Below are positions 17,466 to 27,418 of a stretch of DNA of 32,000 nucleotides, piece after piece. The stretch's first letter is position 1. Each line of letters opens with the position of its first letter. A model generated the notes under the pieces. That model was not told where the DNA came from. It saw only the letters and a list, made by a program, of their open reading frames with translations, and did no database searches. Position numbers and translations under genes: made by a program. Source of the DNA: Propionibacterium ruminifibrarum (lineage in GTDB: Bacteria; Actinomycetota; Actinomycetes; Propionibacteriales; Propionibacteriaceae). Where the stretch lies: positions 208,706-240,705 of the forward strand of contig NZ_OMOH01000001.1 of NCBI RefSeq assembly GCF_900289195.1. Direction: 5' to 3'.

Positions 17466-18119
17466 ATGGTGAATCTGACGCGCATCTACACCCGGACCGG
17501 CGACGCCGGCACGACGAGACTGTCGAACAATGAAGTGGCCGACAAGACCGATCCCCGCGTCGAGGCCTATGGCAGCACCGACGAGACCAATTCGGCCATT
17601 GGCCTGGCTCTCACGCTCGATCCGGACGAGAAACTCCGTGACGCACTCGTGATCGTCCAGAACGAGCTGTTCGACGTAGGCGCGGATCTGTCGAACCCCG
17701 TCATCGCCGACCCGCAGTGGGAACCCCTGCGTGTCGTGCAGTCGTCCATCGACCGTCTCGAACGGTGGTGCGACGAGTTCGGGGAACCACTGCCGAGTCT
17801 TCGCTCGTTCATCCTTCCCGGCGGCTCTCCCCTGGCCGCGCAACTGCACGTCGCCCGGTCCCTGGCCCGGCGGGCCGAGCGCAGGGCGTGGGAGGCCGTG
17901 AAGGTCTTCGGCGCCGAGGACGGGGAGACCGAGCCGCACGGGGGTGTCAGCCTGTTGGCCGTCAAGTACCTCAACCGCCTGTCGGACCTGCTGTTCAACA
18001 TGGCTCGCTACGCGAATCTCATCGCCGCGCACGACGAGGTGCTGTGGCTGCCTGGTGGCGAGCGCAACGCAGAGCACGCCGAGCAGGTCGCGGCCCAGAA
18101 GGCGTCCCAGGCCCAGTGA
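17466..18119 (+). CDS. ATP:cob(I)alamin adenosyltransferase, PduO type
   Basis: It has the N-terminal signature IYTRTGDAGTTRL and the FILPGGS block. Its position matches the adenosyltransferase gene that I recall near the ATP synthase operon in other actinobacteria. Confidence 0.9.
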   Translation: MVNLTRIYTRTGDAGTTRLSNNEVADKTDPRVEAYGSTDETNSAIGLALTLDPDEKLRDALVIVQNELFDVGADLSNPVIADPQWEPLRVVQSSIDRLERWCDEFGEPLPSLRSFILPGGSPLAAQLHVARSLARRAERRAWEAVKVFGAEDGETEPHGGVSLLAVKYLNRLSDLLFNMARYANLIAAHDEVLWLPGGERNAEHAEQVAAQKASQAQ

Positions 18120-18121
18120 CC

Positions 18122-19171
18122 TCACGGCACGCGATGCGTCCATTCCTGCGTGGTGAACTTCTCGCCGAGCAGACGCCTCGCCGTGGCGATCTCATCGGGG
18201 CGGTAGTCAGACTCGACGGCGGTGTAGCGGTTCATGAAAGAGGCCTTGAACCGTTGGAGGATCTCCTCGCGCGGTAGGCCGGTCTGCGAGCGCATCGGGT
18301 CGACCCGCTTGTTCGCGCTCTTCGTGCCCTTGTCGGAGAGTTTCTCCCGGCCGATGCGCAGTACCTGCATCATCTTGTCGGCGTCGATGTCGTAACTCAT
18401 CGTGACATGGTGCAGGACCGTGCCGTCGACCAGCCGACGCTGGGCCGCACCCCCGATCTTGCCCTTGTCACTGGCGATGTCGTTGAGCGGCTTGTAGGTG
18501 GCGTGGATACCGACCTCCTCGAGAGCGCCGAGCACCCAGTCATCGAGGTAGGCGTAGGACTGTTCGTAGCTGAGACCCTCGACGAGGGAACCGGGCACGG
18601 TCAATGAGTAGGTGATGCAGTTGCCGGGCTCCATGAACATCGCGCCACCACCGGTGATGCGTCGAACGACTCGGATGCCGTACTTGGCGGCGTTCTCGAC
18701 GTCGATCTCGTTGCGCACCGACTGGAAGGAACCGATGACCACCAGCGGTGAGTCCCAGTCCCAGAACCGCAGGACCGGGCCGCGTCGACCGGCAGCGAGT
18801 TCGGCCGGGAAGACCTCGTCGAGTGCGACGTGCATGGCCGGATCCATGACCTGGGGGCCGATGACCTCGAAGGTCAGATCGGCCCAGCTGATGGCCCCGC
18901 CAACGGCCCTGCGGGCGGCGATGGCGACCGCCATCGGGTCGAAACCGACCAGCCGGGCGTCATCGTCCAGGGCGGTCCGGATGGAGGCGGCCAGGTCCTC
19001 GGAGGACGCCGTGGTGGCCACCCCGTTGACCCCGGCGTTGATCTGCTCGAGGGCTTCATCGGGTTCGAGGAAGAAATCGCCCGACAGGTGGGCGTTCGCA
19101 TAGTGGCCGTTGATCTCGTCCACGTCGACGACGACGAGCTTGCCGCCCCTGACCTTGTATTCACCGCGCAC
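18122..19171 (-). CDS. lplA: Lipoate-protein ligase, circularly permuted domain order (accessory domain N-terminal)
   Basis: The catalytic blocks are RRITGGGAMFMEPGNCITYS and KGKIGGAAQRRL. They are preceded, not followed, by an accessory-domain-like segment (GEYKVRGGKLVVVDVD...LSGDFFLEP). GTG 19171 has AGGAG 7 nt upstream. The longer ORF reaching 19297 would overlap the upstream gene. Confidence 0.85.
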   Translation of the reverse strand: MRGEYKVRGGKLVVVDVDEINGHYANAHLSGDFFLEPDEALEQINAGVNGVATTASSEDLAASIRTALDDDARLVGFDPMAVAIAARRAVGGAISWADLTFEVIGPQVMDPAMHVALDEVFPAELAAGRRGPVLRFWDWDSPLVVIGSFQSVRNEIDVENAAKYGIRVVRRITGGGAMFMEPGNCITYSLTVPGSLVEGLSYEQSYAYLDDWVLGALEEVGIHATYKPLNDIASDKGKIGGAAQRRLVDGTVLHHVTMSYDIDADKMMQVLRIGREKLSDKGTKSANKRVDPMRSQTGLPREEILQRFKASFMNRYTAVESDYRPDEIATARRLLGEKFTTQEWTHRVP

Positions 19172-19185
19172 GGCGCATCTCCTGT

Positions 19186-19662
19186 TCAGTCCTTGTCCGT
19201 GCGATTCATCGCACGGTACCGTCCCTCGCCAGGTGGACCCGCTTCGAGCCAGCTCATGAAGCCCGTGAGGCACTCGGCATCCATGCCCAGGTGCCACAGC
19301 GCGGAATCGCCGTGCCTCGAGCGCTGAGCGACGGAGACGACCTGCTGGGCGGCCGTGAGCCGGTGCAGGTCACCGCCCTCAGGGGGCTGGTGACCGATCA
19401 GTTCGGCTCGTCGGCGATGAATGACGACGCTGGGACGATGCCCGAGGGACAGCAGCCGGTACCAGCCCAGATGGTTGCCCTCGTAGCGGGCCAATCCCGA
19501 GTGCCAGGGATGGGCCACGGGACGTTCCTGCCGCAACTGACACTCGAAGACGCCCCCGCGCGACCAGATCCACCGGAGGCGTAGGACGCAGAGCACGCAG
19601 ACCGCGAGAGCCACCACGATGACAAGACCGGCCAGTCCGGCGGCCACGGCTCCCGCTCCCAT
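19186..19662 (-). CDS. DUF2550-family membrane protein (Rv1312-like), conserved downstream of atpC
   Basis: It has a single N-terminal TM helix, then RLRWIWSRGGVFECQLR...GLARYEGNHLGWYR. It sits immediately after atpC, as in mycobacteria. The family call is from memory. Confidence 0.8.
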   Translation of the reverse strand: MGAGAVAAGLAGLVIVVALAVCVLCVLRLRWIWSRGGVFECQLRQERPVAHPWHSGLARYEGNHLGWYRLLSLGHRPSVVIHRRRAELIGHQPPEGGDLHRLTAAQQVVSVAQRSRHGDSALWHLGMDAECLTGFMSWLEAGPPGEGRYRAMNRTDKD

Positions 19663-19704
19663 GCCAGAAACCTACTCGTCTCGCACCGATGCACCAAGTC
19701 CCGA

Positions 19705-20168
19705 TCAGTTCTCCCCGATGACCCGGACCGGGGCCGGCGTGATCTCGGCCTCACCACCACCGGCCAGCGCAGCCGCCCTTGTGGCCGCCCGCACCTGGGC
19801 GATGGCATGGTTGTACGCGCGAATCTGATCGTGATCGGCCTCGCCCGCGTCGACGACCTCGTGCAGGTGCGCGATCGTACTGCGGGCCTGGTCCACCGAG
19901 ATCTCGGAGGCGATCTCGCCGAAGGCGCTCAGCAGCGAGACATGGTTGTTGAAGACCGAGACGAAGCCATCGGAGACCGCCACGACCTCGGTGACGCCGT
20001 CGACGCGGGTGATCTGCACGGCGCACGGCACGAGGGCGGCCATGAGTGGCGTGTGGTTGGCGAGGATGCCGATGTCGCCTTCGGTGGTCCTGGCGATCAC
20101 GCTGACGGCCTGGCCCTGCCAGACCATTCCGTCCGCTGCGACCACCGCGACGTCGAGGGGCGGGGCCA

Positions 20169-20169
<1 letters not shown>
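19705..20169 (-). CDS. atpC: F1 ATP synthase subunit epsilon
   Basis: ATG 20169 shares one nucleotide with the atpD TGA (gTGATGg). It has a beta-sandwich N-terminus (VWQGQAVSVIARTTEGDIGILANHTPLMA) and a helical C-terminus. At 154 aa it is somewhat long. Confidence 0.9.
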
Positions 20170-21620
<1,451 letters not shown>

Positions 21621-22556
21621 TCAGATCTCCTGGGTGGATTCGGACAACGCTCCCGCGCCGCCCACGATCTCATTGATTTCTTGGGTGATCTCGCCCTGGC
21701 GGGCCTGGTTCGCCTGGCGCGTGAGGGTGTCGATCAGGGTGCTGGCATTGTCGGTGGCCGAGTGCATGGCCTGTTGCCGGGCGGCCAGCTCCGAGGCGGC
21801 GGCCTCGCGGAGCATGTACTTGATGCGGTCGATGACGTACAGCGGCAGCAGCGCGTCGAGCACGGTCTCCGGGTTGGGTTCGAACAGGTACGGGGGGACG
21901 AAGCCCTCGGGGCGTTCCAGCGCCACGTCGGGGCTCTCGGCCACGTCACCGCTGTCCTCGACGATCTTGAGCGGCAGCAGCCGGATGATCTCGGTCTCCT
22001 GGGTGACCAGCGACTGGAACCGGGTGAACACCACGTGAATCGAGTCGACGCCGCCCTTGTCGGTGGGCCGCATGAAGGCGTCGATGAGTCTGTTGCCGAT
22101 CTCGTAGGCGTGCCGGTAGTGCGGGTCGTCGCTGAAACCGGTCCAGGAGCCGGCAAGTTCGACGCCGCGGAAGGCGAAGTAGTCGCGGGCCTTGCGCCCC
22201 ACCGTGTAGATGTCGATCTCACGCCCGAGATCGCGCAGCCGGGTGATGAGTCCTTCGGTGGCCCTCATCACATTGGAGGGGTAGCCTCCGGCCAGACCCC
22301 GATCCGAGTTCACGACGAGGATGGCGACCCGGGTGGCGTCGGTGATGTCATTCGTCAGGGGGTGGTCGACCGTGGAGTAGGCGGCGGCCGAGGAGACGGC
22401 CTTGACCAGCTCGCGGGTGTAGTCGTCCGACTTGCGCGCCTTCAGCTGAGCCTTCGTGACGCGCGAGGCGGCGATGAGCTCCATGGCCTTGGTGATCTTC
22501 ATCGTCGTGGCCACGGAGTTCCTGCGCTGCCGCAGCTCGCGGAGGGATGCGGGCAT
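21621..22556 (-). CDS. atpG: F1 ATP synthase subunit gamma
   Basis: MPASLRELRQRRNSVATTMKITKAMELIAASR is the typical gamma N-terminus. ATG 22556 lies 1 nt after the atpA stop. The N-terminal 143 codons of the track ORF overlap atpA and were rejected. Confidence 0.95.
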   Translation of the reverse strand: MPASLRELRQRRNSVATTMKITKAMELIAASRVTKAQLKARKSDDYTRELVKAVSSAAAYSTVDHPLTNDITDATRVAILVVNSDRGLAGGYPSNVMRATEGLITRLRDLGREIDIYTVGRKARDYFAFRGVELAGSWTGFSDDPHYRHAYEIGNRLIDAFMRPTDKGGVDSIHVVFTRFQSLVTQETEIIRLLPLKIVEDSGDVAESPDVALERPEGFVPPYLFEPNPETVLDALLPLYVIDRIKYMLREAAASELAARQQAMHSATDNASTLIDTLTRQANQARQGEITQEINEIVGGAGALSESTQEI

Positions 22557-22557
22557 G

Positions 22558-24192
22558 TCACGACCTCTTCGTTGCGACGATCGTGACCTGGCTGATGTCC
22601 TCGCCGTCGACCTCGTCGGCCTCACCGCGGGTGAGCGGCTGGCCGTCGCTGGTGCGGAAGATGGTGCAGAAGGCGTCGATCTGCCGGGTGAGTTCGTCGG
22701 TGGTCTCGGCCGTGAGCTCGCCGGAGCTCGCGATGGCGGCGAGGGCGTCGGTCTGCTCGCGCAGGTGCTCGAGGAACTCCTCGACGAACCGCAGCACGTC
22801 CTCGACGGGAACGATGTCGAGGTGGCCGTTGACGCCCGCCCACAGGGCGACCGCCTGCTCGGCCATCGGGACCGGGCTGGCCTGGCTCTGGCGCAGCAGC
22901 TCGGTGAGGCGGGCGCCCCGGTCGAGCTGCCGGCGGCTGGTCGCGTCCAGGTCGGAGGCGAACATGGCGAAGGCCTGCATGTCACGGTACTGGGCCAGGT
23001 CGATCTTCAGCGTGCCGGAGACCTGCTTCATGGCCTTGGTCTGGGCGGCGCCGCCGACCCGGCTGACGGACAGACCGACGTCGACGGCGGGCCGCTGGTT
23101 GGCGTTGAAGAGGTCCGACTGCAGGAAGATCTGGCCGTCGGTGATCGAAATGACATTGGTCGGAATGTAGGCCGAGATGTCGTTGGCCTTCGTCTCGACG
23201 ATCGGCAGACCCGTCATCGAACCGCCGCCCAGGTCGTCGGACAGTTTGGCGCAGCGTTCCAGCAGCCGGCTGTGCAGGTAGAAGACGTCGCCGGGGTAGG
23301 CCTCGCGGCCCGGGGGACGGCGCAGCAGCAGCGACATGGCGCGGTAGGCCTCGGCCTGCTTGGTCAGGTCGTCGAACACGATGAGGACGTGCTTGCCCGC
23401 GTACATCCAGTGCTGGCCGATGGCCGACCCGGCGTACGGGGCGATGTACTTGAACCCGGCGGGGTCGGAGGCCGGAGCGTTGACGATGGTGGTGTACTCC
23501 ATCGCACCGGCCCTCTCGAGATTCTCCCGGACCTCGGTGACGGTCGAGTTCTTCTGACCGATGGCCACGTAGATGCAGCGCACCTGCTGGGTCGGGTCGC
23601 CGGACAGCCAGTTCGCCCGCTGGTTGATGATCGTGTCGGTGGCGATGGTGGTCTTGCCCGTCTTCCGGTCGCCGATGATGAGCTCGCGCTGTCCGCGACC
23701 GATCGGAACCATCGAGTCGATGGCCTTCAGACCGGTCATCAGCGGTTCGCGGACCTCTTGCCGGTGCATGACGTCGGCGGCCTGCAACTCGAGGGCGCGA
23801 CGCCCCTCGATGCCGGTCAGCGGGCCCTTGCCGTCGATCGGGTTGCCCATGGCATCCACGACACGACCCAGGTAGCCGTCGCCGACCGGAACAGAGAGGA
23901 TCTCGCCGGTGCCGCGCACGACGGAGTTCTCGTCGATGCCCTCGGAGTCGCCCAGGACGACGGCGCCGATCTCACGGGCCTCGAGGTTGAGGGCGATACC
24001 CATCGTGCCGTTCTCGAAACGCAGCAGTTCGTTGGCCATCGCGCGCGGCAGCCCTTCGACACGCGCGATGCCGTCGCCCGAACTCACCACGCGACCCACT
24101 TCCTCGGGCACGGCCTCGTCGGGCGTGAAGCTCTCCACGAAACTGGCCAGTGCGCTGCGGATCTCGTCCGAGCTGATACTCAGTTCAGCCAT
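22558..24192 (-). CDS. atpA: F1 ATP synthase subunit alpha (with a C-terminal extension of about 27 aa)
   Basis: It has the Walker A motif GDRKTGKT and typical alpha blocks, and is 544 aa long. Confidence 0.98.
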   Translation of the reverse strand: MAELSISSDEIRSALASFVESFTPDEAVPEEVGRVVSSGDGIARVEGLPRAMANELLRFENGTMGIALNLEAREIGAVVLGDSEGIDENSVVRGTGEILSVPVGDGYLGRVVDAMGNPIDGKGPLTGIEGRRALELQAADVMHRQEVREPLMTGLKAIDSMVPIGRGQRELIIGDRKTGKTTIATDTIINQRANWLSGDPTQQVRCIYVAIGQKNSTVTEVRENLERAGAMEYTTIVNAPASDPAGFKYIAPYAGSAIGQHWMYAGKHVLIVFDDLTKQAEAYRAMSLLLRRPPGREAYPGDVFYLHSRLLERCAKLSDDLGGGSMTGLPIVETKANDISAYIPTNVISITDGQIFLQSDLFNANQRPAVDVGLSVSRVGGAAQTKAMKQVSGTLKIDLAQYRDMQAFAMFASDLDATSRRQLDRGARLTELLRQSQASPVPMAEQAVALWAGVNGHLDIVPVEDVLRFVEEFLEHLREQTDALAAIASSGELTAETTDELTRQIDAFCTIFRTSDGQPLTRGEADEVDGEDISQVTIVATKRS

Positions 24193-24252
24193 GGCGTCCT
24201 GTCTTCCTCGATTCCTGCATGTCGGCCCCGCAGGGCCTGGTCTGTGGGCGGA

Positions 24253-25023
24253 TCAGGCGAGCTGCCTGCGGGCCTGATCCAGGATGGTCGCGATCGTCCC
24301 GTCGATCACCTCGTCGCCGATGCGCACGTGCACTCCGCCGAGCACGTCGGGGTCGATGCGGACGCTCAGGTCGACCGGTGTGGCATAGACGCGCCCCAGC
24401 TGCTCCTTGAGCCGCTCGGCCTGATCGGCTGGGAGAGGCCGTGCGACGGTGACCCGGGCCAGCCGCCGGCCGAGAACACCCGAGGCGATCTCCTCGTAGC
24501 GTGCGATCGTCCGGCCGACCCGACCGCCGCGGCGAGCGGCGTGCCGGATCAGCGCATGTGTTGCGGCACTCACCCGCGAACCGAGCAGCCGTGTCATGAG
24601 CGCGGCACGATCATGCGGCCCTGACCCGTGCATCGAGAACGCCTGCTCGATCTGTGCGGTGCCGCTGATCAGCCGGGCACAGGCGCCGAGCTCGTCGCGG
24701 ACCGCGGCGGGATCGCCCGAGCGCACGCCGATGCGCACGCCCTGCGTCTCCAGGGCATCTGCCAGCTCGAACCCGGACCGCCAGTCCATGGCCGCGGCGG
24801 CGGACAGCAGACCCACCGCCGCTGAGCCGATCCGCTGCCCGAACAGGCGCTCGGCAAGCCGTCCGCGGTCGCCCGGGTCGAGCGTCGTATCGGTCAGGGC
24901 ACGGCGCAGCGCGGGATTGTCGCGCAGGGTCTCGACGATCTGGAAGAGGTCACCGATCAGCGCCTGGTCCGGGGCGAGCCCATCGGCCGCCCGGCTGAGT
25001 GCTGCGAATCGGTTCTCGGGCAC
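24253..25023 (-). CDS. atpH: F1 ATP synthase subunit delta (OSCP), extended 256-aa form
   Basis: The C-terminus VLGGVHVRIGDEVIDGTIATILDQARRQL is the canonical delta ending. The gene sits between atpF and atpA. Confidence 0.92.
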   Translation of the reverse strand: MPENRFAALSRAADGLAPDQALIGDLFQIVETLRDNPALRRALTDTTLDPGDRGRLAERLFGQRIGSAAVGLLSAAAAMDWRSGFELADALETQGVRIGVRSGDPAAVRDELGACARLISGTAQIEQAFSMHGSGPHDRAALMTRLLGSRVSAATHALIRHAARRGGRVGRTIARYEEIASGVLGRRLARVTVARPLPADQAERLKEQLGRVYATPVDLSVRIDPDVLGGVHVRIGDEVIDGTIATILDQARRQLA

Positions 25024-25029
25024 AGCAGT

Positions 25030-25584
25030 TCACTCCTCCGCGTCCAGGGCGCGAACGGGCTGGGTCTCCAACTCCGCCAGGAAGCGGTCAACCGTGTGGC
25101 GGGCCCGCTCGTCGTCGGTGAGGGACTCCGAGAGGATGCGACCGGCCAGTGTCGTGGCCAGGACACCCACCTGCGACCGGAGCTCGGCCATCGCGATCTC
25201 GCGTTCGACGGCTATCTGGGCCCGTGCCTCGGCGATCATGCGGGCCTGTTCCTGGGCCGCCCTCTCCTTCGCCTCGGCGATGATCTGGTCACCGCGTTCC
25301 CTGGCCTCGTCGCGGGCGCGGGAGGACTCGGCGCGGACCTGGTCGAGTTGCTTCTGGTACTCGGCCCTGGCGGCGTCCGCCTCCGCCTGCACCCGCTCGG
25401 CGTGCCGGATACCGCCCTCGATCTCCTCGGCGCGCCGCTCGTAGAGCTCCTCGAAGCGGGGAGCAACCATCTTGGCCACGATCAGCCACATGACCGCGAG
25501 CAACGCCAGACCGGCGAGGAACTCGGGCAGTTCCGGCAGCAGCGGGCCCAGGTCGAGCAGGGGCACCAGTTCGAACGGTGTCAT
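25030..25584 (-). CDS. atpF: Fo ATP synthase subunit b
   Basis: It has one N-terminal TM helix followed by a long charged helix (RFEELYERRAEEIEGGIRHAERVQAEADAARAEY...). The gene sits between atpE and atpH. Confidence 0.92.
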   Translation of the reverse strand: MTPFELVPLLDLGPLLPELPEFLAGLALLAVMWLIVAKMVAPRFEELYERRAEEIEGGIRHAERVQAEADAARAEYQKQLDQVRAESSRARDEARERGDQIIAEAKERAAQEQARMIAEARAQIAVEREIAMAELRSQVGVLATTLAGRILSESLTDDERARHTVDRFLAELETQPVRALDAEE

Positions 25585-25594
25585 CGCGGGCTAC

Positions 25595-25816
25595 TCACCG
25601 CACGACGAAGGCGAGGACGAACCCGAGGATGGCCAGCGCCTCGACGATGGCGAAACCGATGTAGACCGGCTGCATGATCGTGCCCCGGGCCTCGGGCTGA
25701 CGAGCGATGCCGTTGATGCCGGCGTAGAAGATGAGTGCCACGCCGATGGCAGGGCCGAGCGTCGCCAGGCCGTAACCGAGAACGTTCAGCGAACCGCTGA
25801 TCTCCAACGGGGTCAT
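25595..25816 (-). CDS. atpE: Fo ATP synthase subunit c
   Basis: The 73-aa product is a two-helix hairpin with the loop ARQPEA and an ion-binding Glu in FAIVEALAI. Confidence 0.96.
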   Translation of the reverse strand: MTPLEISGSLNVLGYGLATLGPAIGVALIFYAGINGIARQPEARGTIMQPVYIGFAIVEALAILGFVLAFVVR

Positions 25817-25870
25817 TGCATTTCCTTTCGGATCTTTCGTGTCGGGTGAAGACGTCCGGGAGGACGGCCC

Positions 25871-26755
25871 TCAGTGGGCTTCGCCGACTGAGGAGCCAAT
25901 GTACTGCGCGGTCAGCATCGTGAAGATGTACGCCTGCAGAAAACCTATGAAGAGTTCCAAGCACAGCATGACCATGCCGAAGAGCAGTGCCACCACGCCG
26001 GTGACGTTGTAGAAGGCGTTGTGGGCCCACGTGAGCAGGGCGGCTCCACCGCCGACGAAGACCATGATCGACATGTGGCCGGCGAACATGTTCGCGAAGA
26101 GTCGGACCGACAGGGTCAGTGGGCGGGTGATGAAGGCCGAGATGAACTCGAGCGGGATGATCACCGGGGTCAACCAGATCGGGACACCGGAGGGGACCAG
26201 CGCGACCTTGAGGTAGCCCAGACCGTGCTGCTTGAAACCGGACACGACGTAGGCGGCGAAGGTGCAGATCGCCGCCGCGTAGGCGTAGCTGACCCGGGAG
26301 AACGTCGGGAACATGAACAGGAAGGTCTCACCGAACCAGTTGCTGACCAGCACGAAGCAGAAGACCGTCAGCAGATAGGGCACGAATCTGCGGTAGCCGG
26401 GGCCGATCATGTCGCGGCCGATGGTCCGGACGAAGTTGTAGACGTACTCGGCGAAGAACTGCGCCTTGGTGGGCACGACCTTCAGATTGCGCGAGGCGAG
26501 GAGCCAGAACACCAGGATGCCGATGAAGGCGACGAGTGCCAGCAGCAGCGGCTTGTTGAACCACCCGATGCCGAACCAGCCCTCGAACTGGAAGTCCTCA
26601 GTGCTCGGGGACTCCCAGCTGCTGGTCGCACCGGTGAGGAGCTGAGAGGCCTTGGTGGCCGCGATCCACACGACGATGACGAGCACCGCGATGAGCGCCG
26701 GACTGGTGCCCTTCCTCTCGCGCTGAGCGGGGACCGTTGTCTGAGCACTGCTCAT
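25871..26755 (-). CDS. atpB: Fo ATP synthase subunit a
   Basis: The essential Arg lies in the block LSVRLFANMFAGHM. ATG 26755 has GGAGG 6 nt upstream and overlaps the stop of the preceding small ORF (ATGA). Confidence 0.95.
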   Translation of the reverse strand: MSSAQTTVPAQRERKGTSPALIAVLVIVVWIAATKASQLLTGATSSWESPSTEDFQFEGWFGIGWFNKPLLLALVAFIGILVFWLLASRNLKVVPTKAQFFAEYVYNFVRTIGRDMIGPGYRRFVPYLLTVFCFVLVSNWFGETFLFMFPTFSRVSYAYAAAICTFAAYVVSGFKQHGLGYLKVALVPSGVPIWLTPVIIPLEFISAFITRPLTLSVRLFANMFAGHMSIMVFVGGGAALLTWAHNAFYNVTGVVALLFGMVMLCLELFIGFLQAYIFTMLTAQYIGSSVGEAH

Positions 26756-26979
26756 GCATCGCCTCCGAGTCTCTTGACGATCAGGTAAACGGCCGCTGCC
26801 GCGCCCAGCACGAGACCGGCAGGCAGGCACCAGCCGGTTCCCAGGGCCCGATCGGCGAGCCAGCCCAGCGCACCGTAGAAGCCGACGCCGGCGAGCAGAT
26901 AGGACACGGCGGTCACGCCACTGCCGGCGGGTGAGAGGTCGGCCCCGTTCGCCGGGGCGTCGAGCTGATGATCACTCAT
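26752..26979 (-). CDS. AtpZ/AtpI-family small membrane protein (two TM helices)
   Basis: The 75-aa product contains SYLLAGVGFYGALGWLADRALGTGWCLPAGLVLGAAAAVYLIVKR, which resembles the 'ATPase gene 1' family pattern. The ORF overlaps both neighbouring genes. Confidence 0.75.
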   Translation of the reverse strand: MSDHQLDAPANGADLSPAGSGVTAVSYLLAGVGFYGALGWLADRALGTGWCLPAGLVLGAAAAVYLIVKRLGGDA

Positions 26980-27418
26980 CGGCGGCCCCCTCCGCTTCGT
27001 TGCCGTCGTAGATGAAGCTCCGCGTACGCAGCCGAGCCCAGATGATCCCGAAGGACCAACCGCACACCAAGGTTACCGTCGTCCACGCGAACCAGTCCAC
27101 ACGACCCCGCCCGACGAGCCAGCCGACCGCCTCCAACCCATGGAGCGCGAGGACCACGCAACCGGCCCTGGCCACGAAACCGGCCAGGAGCGGTCCGAGG
27201 GCCCTCATGTCCGGGGTGCGCAGCGCATGGGCGTCCCCGATGACGCTCGCCGCGAAATAGGCCCCCACGACGGCCAGTGACATCGCCCAGCCCCTGAGCC
27301 CGTCCACGCCGGCGACGAGAAGACCTCCGAGGCCGGCGGGAACACTGAACACCAGCGCCCAGGCCAGTCCCCAGAGCAGCATCGTGCGCGGCCATGGCCG
27401 GGGCGACCGGGGCTTCAC
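26972..27418 (-). CDS. atpI: ATP synthase protein I-like membrane protein (Rv1303-like)
   Basis: The hydrophobic product of about 148 aa lies between wecA and atpB. GTG 27418 overlaps the wecA TGA (GTGA). An alternative ATG lies at 27382. The family call rests on position and hydrophobicity. Confidence 0.65.
   Translation of the reverse strand: MKPRSPRPWPRTMLLWGLAWALVFSVPAGLGGLLVAGVDGLRGWAMSLAVVGAYFAASVIGDAHALRTPDMRALGPLLAGFVARAGCVVLALHGLEAVGWLVGRGRVDWFAWTTVTLVCGWSFGIIWARLRTRSFIYDGNEAEGAADE

Noticed and set aside
22557-22985. Long form of atpG (454-aa track ORF) overlapping atpA by 143 codons
   Set aside because: The canonical gamma N-terminus begins at ATG 22556, immediately after the atpA stop. 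The upstream extension is Pro/Ser/Arg-rich and lies out of frame within atpA.
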